Shown here one piece after another: positions 11,201 through 23,047 of a stretch of 64,000 nt of DNA. The translations under genes were made by a program, and so were the position numbers. Origin of the DNA: Camelus dromedarius (lineage: Eukaryota). Below the pieces are notes generated by a model that was not told where the DNA came from, searched no databases, and was given only the letters and a program-made list of their open reading frames with translations. The DNA is taken from NCBI RefSeq assembly GCF_036321535.1, contig NC_087437.1, positions 18,168,001-18,232,000 of the forward strand, read 5' to 3'. Each line of letters begins with the position of its first letter. Within the stretch, counting starts at the first letter, position 1.

Positions 11201-14200
11201 GGTAAAGTATTTTCCAGAAGGAGAGAGAACATCTTTGGAAAAGACACAGTGGCTTGTGTAGTGTATTAAGAGAATTAAAATAACTTAATTCTCTTTGTGT
11301 GTGATGAGAACCGGGGAGGGAGCCAGTACAGCACAAAGATATGTGTTAAACACAAATGAATAATATCTTTAAATATTTGGCAAGAATCAAAGCGAGAAAA
11401 GAGGTTTAGCAAGAAAAATTTAAGTCGGTTAAATGGAAATATACACTACAGGTTCCTAGATATGATGATTATAAAGATGTGAATTTTTTCCTAATTAATG
11501 TGTAATAATAAATAGTATAAGTATACAATAATAATAAAATGTATTGAGACCTTAGTATGTGCTAAAGCATTGGTTCAAGAAATTAGCGTGTGTTAATTTA
11601 CATTTTTAAATATAATTGACATACTTGTATACATTTACATAAATTACCTATACTGACTTTAATTTTCACAACAACCCTGTGAAGTAAGGAGTAGTATTAT
11701 CTCCATTTTATAAATGAGGAAACTGAAGTACAAAAGGGCTATAGAATTTGCCCAGTGACACTGTAGTAGTAAGCGGAAGGTGAGGATTCAAACCCAGGCA
11801 GACTTTCTGCACAGCCCAAGCTCTTCCTCATTATAAGAATTCTGATCAAAATACCAGTAAGCATTTTCCTTTGGGAACTTGACAAAGTGGTTATCTATAA
11901 GAAGTAGAGGAAATCGATTTTTAAATTTTTTTTAAGAACAAAACAAAAGTAGGGGAATAACTCTGCCAGGAAGATATTAAGCCAAATTCTAAAGCTGCAA
12001 TAATTAAAAGGGTGCTTTGGCCTAAATGTGGACAGACAGGTCATGGAATAAAACCTTAAAACAGAAAGACATATACGTGAACTTAATATAGACAGAAGAT
12101 TTTACAAAGCCATGGGGAAAGGGGAGGTTATTCAGTAAGTGCTGCAAAAATTACTGATTAGCTTTTTTGAGGGAAAAAAGAATTACAGCATATAAACCAA
12201 AGTAGATCCTAGATAATTAAGTATAAAAATTTATAAAATACTTTGGAATTTTCTAAAATTCTAAAATAATTCTAATATAATTTCTAAATGGAAAATAACT
12301 TCCTAAGCATAGAAATGATGGAGAAAAACAAAAAAAGAAAAGATTTCACTACATCATTCAACAAATATTTATTAAGCACCTATTATGCACCAGGTACTGT
12401 GGAGCATATGAATGGAATACAGTATTTTTCTCTAAAACCATGAAAAAAATTAAAAAGCAAATAATCAATGGGAAAAGTTTTTTGTCATCTTAGCAATATA
12501 AGATCCTTAACAAGTAAGTAATTCATATACATTTATAAAAAAAAGTGCTAAAATTCCAGTAAATAAATAAGGAAAAAGTACAAACTGACAACTCAAGAAA
12601 AGGGAAAAACAAATGCTCCATAAATATTTGTTTAAAAAAATAGTTTCAAGCTCATTAAGAACCAAAGTAATGCAAATTAAAACTTACCAAATTCACAGTG
12701 TAGGGAAGGGTGCAGTGAGGTAAGGGCTTTCAAATACTGCTGCTAGGAATAAAATTCATAGACAAAAATCTGGTTCTACATAAAAAAGATATTTTTAAGC
12801 TTTACTCCCTTTGATATCTTAATTCCACTCGTGGGAATCTGTCCTAAAAGAGTAATCAGAAATGCTAGCAAAGAGTTATGTGAAAAATGTTCATCATAAC
12901 ACTGTTTTTCATACCAAAAAAAATTGGGGCAGGGGAATGATCTAACTATATAAGAATAGATGCTGTTTAGGTGAATAAGAGCACTTCTACATAATGGAAC
13001 ACTAACATACTCATATTAAATTAAATGTTTAACATTGAATATATTAAACAATGTTTATGAGGTGCCTTAATTGCACATGTATGCAGTTAAGTGAAAAGAG
13101 TCAAAACATTAAATGGTATAATCTCTTAATCATGTAAAAATATATATACAGAGAATGGGTAAAAAGAAAGTATGCAAAATACTTTCAGGTTATGAGTGAT
13201 TATTAAAAATTCTCCCGACTTCCAAATTTTCTACTGTGAACACCAAAAGGTGGAGCCGGAAATTAGGATATGTAGGATATATATACGATACCACTTATAT
13301 GTGGAATCTAGAAAATGATACAAATGAACTTACTTACAAAATAGAAACAAACTCACAGACGTAGAAAACAAATTTATGGGTACCAAAAGGGAAAGCTGGG
13401 GGGAGGGATAAATTAGGCATTTGGGATTAGCAGATACAGACTACTATATATGAAATAGGTAAACAACAAGGTCCTACTGTATAGCACAGGGAACTATATT
13501 CAGTGGCTTGTAATAACCTATAATGAAAAAGAAAATACATGTATAATTGAATCGCTTTGCTGCACACAGAAACTAACACAACACTGTAAATCAACTACAC
13601 TTCCATTAAAAAAAGAAAAGAAATTTGGAATATTAGGTGTGTTAATATTTTAAAAGAAAAAAAATCAATAGATGTAGTAATTATTTTTCTTGCTAATATA
13701 CTAATTTTACTCCTCCCTAGCTGTAATATTATATAATATTATATTGCTAGGTGACCACCATTTTGCCTAATTACCATAGATGGTGTTATATTAATATTCC
13801 TATAAAGAAGCAAAGAAGAGGTAGGGGACAGGTTTTTGCCAATGACAGTGAAAGAATGTAAGTCCCTGGAAATGCACAGCCTGACACGGCACTACCAGAA
13901 CCATAGTTAAAGCTGAATATATTCTCCCTACAGGTGATTCCCCCTAAAAAGCTAGCAAAAAATTTGCTCCATTTTAAAGGTGATTAAACAAAGTTGTAAT
14001 AACCCCATTATTGTTCAAAAGAATTAGAACATGAATTATCATTATTTTATTATATATTATTATAATCAGACCATGAACTGCCACTATTACTAGAGATACA
14101 TTTAATATATTTTAACAAATTCTATTTACATGAACAAGGAAGCCAGATTTTCCTCTGTGGACCCCCATTCACTCTTCGGCAATGACAGCTAAAGCAGTGG

Positions 14201-17200
14201 TCCGCTCATTCCAGCGCACAGAAAATTTGCCAGGAAGTGGAAATTCCCATTGTTAAGATGTTTTAAAACATGTCAATATTTATTTCACATTTTTTTTTAA
14301 GTGTGTAGACTTACAGTTTCCCTCTACTCATTCAATATTCTGCCTAGGTAATGGGAGATTTAGTTTAACCTTTATAATTAACTTTTCCTTCCTCCAAAAA
14401 AGGAAAGTCACTGTCACCATTTCAAATAAGAAAGAAAGCTTAATTCATTATTACCTAAATAACTATTTTTCCTGTTTTGAAGTTTTGCATAAAAAAATTT
14501 GCATATGGAAATAGGAGGGAAAACTGTCATGAGTGAGACTCGATAACTATAATAACCTTTTCTTTTTAATTTCTCCATTTTCAGTCTACTGTTTTGGTGG
14601 CATTGTCATCAAGGCGGGGGAGGGGGGCAGGGTTTAGACAAATGTTATAAATGAACAGCTGGAAACTAAGCCCTTCTAGATCTCTTTGTGAATATAAAGC
14701 CTGCCTCTCAGTTGAAATAGGAGTAATATGAATTCTGTCCACAGAAACGGTGGCATAATCACTCCTGAATGATTCCAACATTTTTCAATCAAATTGGTCA
14801 ATCACCCCACCTGGTCCACCAGCAGAGACTAGGGTCATTTTGTCTAGCTGCCCTGTCCCCACCTTTTAGACTTGGCCTTGTAGTTCAGTTCATGGGATAC
14901 AGAACCACCAACACGACTTCACCTTAAGTCATACAACCCTTTGTTGCTCTCTTCTTTGGGGTTTTCTGGATCATTCTTTGTCCACAAACACTGATCACAG
15001 AACCGAGAGCAAGGTGTAGGTTGAGGGGAGTGTTACCTCCATTCAAATCAGAGGGGCGAACTTGCATATCTGCTTTCTGTGTTTGCTGGGAATAAACTCG
15101 TGGGAGTGGTATCTGGGTGCACCCAAGATAACATTGAAATGTCTAGATGCACAGGCTTGTTTCCTGGAGAACCTGCACAGGTTAGGGTTGGGGTGTGGGT
15201 GGGTGTGGGTGTGTAGCAGGGCCTTGACAACCAGATTTGGGGAAGGTCTCATCAAAATGTATCTGAATATACTTCAGTTTATTTTTTAAAAAAAGAATAA
15301 AAGGTATCTGAATTCAGAGGCTGCCACCCATGACCCACAGGCAGCAGCAGGTCCATCCACGCACTAACGTAATTTGAAAACCAAATTATGTAGACAAAGT
15401 GCAATGGCTGATCTCCGGCCAAGCCGATCTTTTTCATGATTGTGTTATTCCTGATATTTTGGCCAACTGTAGTGAAAACTTTTCTCCCAAATGTAGAAGA
15501 CTACAGTGTGTGAGACCTGCAAGGGAGCTAAGATATTCTAGTTTAGTCTGCCCGTGCTAGAGATGAAGGAACTGTGACCCACAGAGGTTGAGCAGTTTGC
15601 CCCAAATCACCCAGCACACAGCATGTTAGGGTCAGCGTCGGGAGTGGATCCCAAGCCTCTCAGTAACCAGGTCAGGGTCCGGAGCCCAGCCTGCCCTGCT
15701 CTCTCCTACTGACTTTGTGGAACTTCCTTGTCTGCCTGCCACATGGTCTTCATGTGGTTCTTGTAGGAGGAGTGAAAGGATGAAGCAGGGGTCCACACGA
15801 TGCCTGCTTCTCCTCATCCCAGTTCCATGCCTGTGGACCAAGAGCCTATCTATAGGATTTGGCTTCCTGTTCTTGAAAATAGGGACAACTTTGCCTGCTC
15901 TTGCCACTCCATATGGAAACAGAGAAAGAGTTGAGGTGCAAGCCCCACTTTCGCCATCTTTAAAGCATCTGTGGTTCAAAGTACTTGGACAAGTTCCTTA
16001 ACCTATTTGTACCTCACTTGATTCACCTCCCCCCACCGAAAAAAAAAATGTGGTGGATAATACTGCCCTATCCATTTCTGTAAGATTAAAATGGAAGATG
16101 TCAGTGAAAGGTGGTTTATGAGTTGTGAGGTAAAAATGTGAACGTCTGCTGTAAGCGGAGATTTCCTGGGGCCATTGTTTTTAAGTGAGGTCAGGCCAAG
16201 TGGTTTTCCGTGGTGAGCAGAGCCTCAAGGACGGGCTTGTGGGGGCTCTCAGCGGTGCCTTTTCCCCAGGTGGTGGCCTGCTCGGGCGCAGCCCGACCTG
16301 GGATGGGGCGGAGGTCCACTCAGACCGCCGCGCCCTCGAACTAGCTGAGACTGGGCCGCTCAGCGGGACAAGTGCCTCTTGGGCTGCTTCGCTAACAAAT
16401 GAAAAAATAATGCCCTTGAATCTGGAGTGAAACTGAACTATCTAAGGAAAACACTGTGAGCAAACACCAAAGGCCGAGGGAAATCATCTGATCAGAGCAG
16501 CTACCCCAAGAGCGTGGCAGGACGAAGGCGGCAGCTGGGACGGGGGCCGAGGCCATGTCCACCACCGTTTACCAAGTGGTGGGCTTCCTCCTGTCCGTCC
16601 TGGGCCTGGCCGGCTGCATCGCCGCCACGGGGATGGACAGGTGGAGCACCCAGGACCTCTACGACAGCCCCGTCACCTCCGTGTTCCAGTACGAGGGACT
16701 GTGGCGCAGCTGCGTGCAGCAGAGCTCCGGCTTCACCGAGTGCCGGCCCTACTTCACCATCCTGGGCCTGCCAGGTACGCGCGGGGCAGGTGCGGCCGGG
16801 ACGGGGCCTCGGAAACACGCGCAGGGCCTGACCCTCGCAGCAGCGCTGGCTCAGGAGCAGAGGTGTGAATGAGAGAAGCTGGCCCTGGGTCAAGGAGGGG
16901 TATAGTCACAGGGGAGAACAAAGGAGAATTCATTCTCAGGACAAAGGAAGCCAGCCCTGAAAAGACTGGGTCTATGGTGAGGGCAGGACCGTAGTACTGG
17001 AATAGACAATGATTCTCAAAGAGGAAAGTAACTGTGTGCACGTACCTGCGTGTGACCTGCTCTTGCCCCCACATACATGGGAGCAGGGACGTAGGATGGT
17101 GACTGTTTTCTTACGCCGAAAACGTTTTTTGGGAGCTAATGTCATTTCATTTGCATGTCAATGCAATTTTTCTTTGAAAAGTTGGAGTCTCCGTAGGTGC

Positions 17201-20200
17201 TAGAAAGTCTATATTGCCATTAAATTATGACTATCCTTTTCCTGCTCTTGTGGGGAGAGGTTCTGGTTTGCACGCCTAAAACACAAGGCGTGTCAGAATA
17301 TAAGTATAAAATTATAATTATATGATAAAGATTTCAGAATATAAATATAATTATAAATGTGACATCGTTTCTCCCTTGAACATGAAAGTTGTTAAATCCC
17401 TGCTTCTAATACAGATAATTATTTCAAGTAAGCATAAGAGCTTTGCATTCTAGATCTTAAGGGAGCTCTACTTGTTTTTGTTGTTGTTGTTTTTTTAGAA
17501 AAAAGCAAAAAATAAATAAATAAATAAAAGGTCAGGCTAATCAGTGGCTCCAAGGACTGACCAAAATGTGAGTTTGGTGAGGAAAAGAAAACAGTGCTGG
17601 GTTTTGCCTCTCTGAAACAAACACCTTGTGGACAGGTGGATGGGAATAAATTTACACAAAACTGTTAAGAGCTTGTGAAGTCCTTGAAACTGAATTGTGA
17701 AAGCCCTTCAACTAATTCATCTTCATTTGCAGAAAGAAATAGAATGTGGGTGTCAAAGTAGAAGAATTGGGGTATTTACTCCATTTTTAGAAGCCACTTG
17801 TATTACAGGACAAACCAATCATTGAGACCTGCTTAGAGAAAAGCAAAGGGAGGTAGAACTCTGCCAGAGGGAAGAAACCTCCAGAGGAAGGACGGGAGGA
17901 GGGATGATGCTGTAGTGTGATGCGAAAGGTCAGAAGAGAGTAGATGCAAGACCGTGGGTTGTTAAGTTGCTAGCTACACCTAACTTTAACTATTCAGTGA
18001 AAAGATAAGATTGATCTTATATTCAAAATTAAGGCACAACATTCCAGAACTCTGGCTCAATAACCTCTTCCCAAGGCCCCATCACACGTTATCAATCTCT
18101 TGCTCATTCTGTATCTTTCCACCCATGGGGGTCCCAAATATTCCCTCTCTCCTAAATGGCCAGCCCCTACTGCTGCCTCTCATGTGTCTTCCCTGTTCTA
18201 CAGAGGGATCCTATCCTCCCTAAGCCCTCTCAGAACCTCTCCTCATCTCCCCACCAGCAGTTCGACTCTCTGCAGAACAAAATCCCTTTTCTCTCTCCCA
18301 TCCAAAGCCAACCTCTCTCCCCACCCCCATCCCAGGCTCTGGAGACCCTACACCCACCATCTGGTCATCTCCACTGATGGGCCCCCCCCCCCTTCTTGCC
18401 TCTTTCATCTCTCCTCCTCACTCATGCTTATAGCCTCCTTTCCTGGAAAATCTTCTCTTGCTTCTGATCACTGTCAAGTTCTGTCTCTTCCTGTGTCCCT
18501 AACAACCAAATTAAAAGACTGAATTTTTCTACCACCCCTCATTCTCAACCTTTTGCAATCTGGTTTCTCTCCTTCATCCCTTTAAAGGGTTTGCCCCTTT
18601 GACTATGGTAGAAGGTAGGGCAGAATCTTTCAACCACCAGCTTCCAGTTCTCAATTCTCACCTCCCTAGAGATTTCAAAACACAAACACCTTCCATGGTT
18701 CCCTTCTGTCAGCCTAATTAGGTGCAGGGGTAACAACCTGACACCATGCCCTCCGACATCCCTCACCTGCCTTCCCTGACCCACCTCTTACTATTCCTCT
18801 CCCCCAGGCTGTGCTTCTCCCTGTCCATTTACTCTACCCTGTGCTTGGCCTCGGATGCCCACTGACCCCACTGCCCAAATGCCCCCCTCTACCACCCCAA
18901 CTGCCATCTCCACAGATCTTCCCATATGGGAGGTCCAGCTCAAACACTACCTCTTCCCTGATGCCTCCTCACATCCCCCAATTAAGTAGGCTCCCCCAGA
19001 TCTGGGTACCAACCCCCAAGCACTCGGATAGCACTGAGCATATCCCCGTCCTGATACTGCTCACAGATCTGAAAAGCTCCCGGCAGCCTTCACAGAGGTG
19101 TACCCCCACCCTGCCTGTCTGCATCGGGGGAACAGGATCCCACCAAAAGCCAGGGAAGACGTTTCTTGGGACTGAGTTTGTAGAAAAGGAGATACTTTAG
19201 ATCATTGATCATGTGTGTTCATGGAGACCAGTGTGAATTTAAGAGGAGCCAGCCCTCACACAGCAGGAGTGACTACAGTGTAAGCTGGCATTCCCAAATG
19301 CAAATACTTGTTTGATGACTTAAGATATGGCTAACTAATGAGGGGAGGGAAGGGTGGGAAGAATATCAGGAAGAACAGGCTAGGAAAAAACTCAAAAGCT
19401 GAGGGCAGGGACATAAAGCAATGAAGCAGCCAGAGAGGAGGCCAGAGGGTGGCTTGTGGACACTTGTGGGGCTTCTGAGAGAGCTGAAAGGAGTGACATT
19501 AAGCAGCCAGGAGTGGACTTGGCTATTGGGAACAGCTGCTTGAACATGACCAAGGGCTTGGGGAGGAGAGTCCTGAACTCAAGGAGCTGAGAGGAATGCC
19601 TGGAGGTAGAAATGGAAGGTTGCAGAGAGTTTCATTTTGACCTAGGACTCAGAGCGGAGTACCACCCTCCCGCAGAGAAGTAAGCCTAAATGTGCTAGAA
19701 AGGCAGGCGGCAGATAGCATCCTAGTACTTTACTTAGTAATCATAATCATCACTACCAGTTATTCAATTTTCCTAAGTATAAGCTCTTTTCTTGCCAAAA
19801 TTTCACTTAACTCTTCCTTCATCTGATAAAAATGGATCATGTTTAGTTGGAACTGACAGCCATAGAATAACTTAATTCTATTCAACTAGCTGTATTCTCT
19901 AACCTACAGATGGATGGAAATGAGATAAACAGTGATAGCAGCAGGACTGTTTATCTGTATGTTATCAGCTCTGTATAATTTACAGCCCAAGATTCTCCCT
20001 CACTGGATTCTGAACAGTCAATGTAGCATGGAATTCTCCAAAACCATGCCCAGAAATAAAAACAGATATTGTTCATTGGATTGCACAAAAAGTCTCCAGT
20101 TTAATCTTCACAGCAATATAAGGAAATGTGTATTAGCTTGATTTTTACAAGATTGGAAAGGCCCAGGGAGGGAGGCACATGCCCAAATTCCCATGGATAG

Positions 20201-22967
20201 AAGATTGGGCAGAAGCAGGGTGTGAACCCAAGGCTGAAAGTCTCCCAGGTCATGTCCTTGACTCAACTTGAGTCGACCCATGCTCATTCCAGCTAGAAGG
20301 GGCTCCCTTTAGAATTGAAGAGCTTGGTCTGGGCTTGAGCAGATGAGTAGAAGGCACATCGGCACCTTCACCGACTTATAGCAACGTCATTAACAATGCA
20401 CAGTGAAGAATGTCAGGTTTAAAGAGTGGATGATTTGTGTGTCATTCCCATTTCCCCTCCCTGGGCACAGTCGGAGGGAAAATCAATGGGTAGTTGAGGA
20501 GCAGGGTGGAGAGGAGGCAAAGTCCTGCAAACTCATGTCTCTGGCCTCCATGACGATATCATAGTCAAGTCTTGTTTCTTCTAACATGGTTGCAAATATT
20601 TGGACTGAATTTGGTGCAGTGGCAGAGCCCTATGGTTAGAGGCAGGTAGGTTGGGATCAGAGGGTGTAGCTTGGCCACCTGCATCTCTTGACCTCACCTT
20701 CCCCAAGTGTGAAATGCCTCACAAGAAGGCATTTGTGTGAAAGTGCTCAGCAACCCATTTACAAGATGGTTCTTGGTGTCATTAAATCATTACTGTCATA
20801 TCTACACCACCAAAGATCTGTTAGGACATTTGATCTTCCAGGTTTTTTCCTCCTCCAAAATCAAACACCTTTTGTGACTCCAAATATCCAAAGTAAAGAT
20901 TAGTTAGGGTCCTTCTTTCTCCTTTCCACCCCCGATTCCTGCTGTGTTCTGGACATTTCACTGGTTCTCAGCCCCTTTGCAGGCACTGAGGGTCTTGATT
21001 TGTTTCACACAATTGGCTGCATTTACCCTTAACTAGCTCAGTGTGAAGAAAACAACAGCCAGTGGGGAACTAGAGAATTTCCCATCAACCTGTCAATCAT
21101 ATTTACACACATGGCAATGGGGGATTTTAATGAAACCATATTCTTTTTAATTGAAGTATGGTTGATTTACAATGTTGTGTTAGCTTCTCGTGTACAGCAT
21201 AGTGATTCAGTTTTCTGTATGTATATTTCCTATGAAACCACATTTAACCCAAAGAACAGTGCCACAAACTCTAAAGCAAAAATCCATAAGGGAAAAAAAT
21301 ATGAAACTGCCCTTAAGTATTCTTTCTAAAGGAACTGCCTCATCTGTTTCTTCTTACTATTGGCTGAATGCTTCACATAAAGTGCAACGCTCATGATCCT
21401 GTAAAACCAGCTTGTCTTTCCCCGATGTCAGGTGGAAGAAACTGATCCTAAGAGGCAGAGTGATGATAAGTTAGTTACAGTGTTGAAATGAGATGGGGGG
21501 AGCCTCTTGGTTTTCAGTCAAGCTGCTTTCCTTTTCTTCTAAAAAGAGACAAGTTTTAGCATCAATGTGCCTTTTTAAATATGAGGACAAACATCTAAAT
21601 GTGCCCACACTCTTGTATATCTGAAGGAGAGCCCACAGAGATCTGAGAACATGTCTACAAAGGCTAAGAGAACCTATACCTTAGGTGTAAACTGGGGCTG
21701 CTTGCTCTGATTTCTCAATAATCAGAGCTATGTAGACCCAAGAATCAGACACCTCCTCAGCTTGTGGTGGTAGAGGTTGATGCTTTGAGAGCAGGGCAGC
21801 CACCCGCAAAGCATCACATCCTAGCATGGACTAGTCAGTGGCGGGGCATCATTTCTTGGTGGGGTTTTGTGGCTGGAGCTCGCCCAAGAGATGAAAAGGA
21901 AAGGCACTGAGGATGGAAACCCCTACACTGCCTCACCCCTCAACCCACCCCCTGCTCAGTGCCTGACCCCACTTTTCCTGATCTTCCTCCCTACCTTTGC
22001 CTGAGCCTTTCTCTTCCTCCTCTTGTCAAATCTTCCACTCCTGCCCTTCACACTCCCTCCTGCATGGCTTTTTCAAATCCACCGTGTTTTATCACCATTC
22101 CAGCTTGTACACAGTACAAGCCAAAGCCACGTGGGGTTGGAGAGAGAGAACTTCTTTTTAGGGAAGGGGAGGAGACTGAAACTTACTGAGCCTGGCTTAG
22201 TTCTATGATGGTGCCAAGTAGCATCTGATCCTCACAACATCTCTGTGCAAGAGATATCTCCAGGCCACTCCAGAGTTGAGGAGACTTGGCTTCCATGAGG
22301 TTAAAAGACTTGCCTATGATACTCACTTGGTATCACATCTGTAGGATTTCATGAGAAACGAAGGACCTCCATATTGGCCCCCTGGGCTCTCTGGAGAATC
22401 AAGGCCCTCCCACCTTATTGTGAAGAGCCTTTTTTTCTGAGGTCTGGTCTCAGACTTCCCTCCTCTGAGCTCCCCCACTTTGGACGCCTCTACCAGCCCT
22501 TCCTGCCTCCAATCTGAGGCCAAGATGTGCCTGAAGATATGGATCCTCTCACCTCCCCCACCCCGACAGAGGCCCCATGGCCAAGTCTTTGGCTTTTGGT
22601 GACTTGCTGTCTCATCAACCACACCCCCCATCCCCCTTCCAGCTCCCCTATCAGCTCAATGATGTCAGTCACCAGGAACTGTTTCCTCTGAAGTCCCCAT
22701 TCTGAGCACCTCCTCCTAAACCTTGAATATCCCTTGCAATTTTGTGTCATGGGGCAATTAAGTAAAAATCCCTAGGCATTGGGCTGAAATGTTAGTATTT
22801 CTTTAAAAGTTGCCCCTTGCAGGGTGAGGGTATAGTTCAGTGGTAGAGAATGTGCTTAGCATGCACAAGGTCCTGGATTCAGTCCCTAGTACCTCTAGTG
22901 AAAAAGAGAGAGAGAGAAAGAAAGAAAAGAAAGAAAAAGAAAAGAAAAGAAAAGAATGAAAGAATGA

Positions 22968-23047
<80 letters not shown>

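Noticed and set aside
13650..14900. AT-rich, repeat-poor intronic block as a conserved enhancer
   Set aside because: It is plausible, but conservation or chromatin data are needed, and the sequence alone shows no diagnostic feature.
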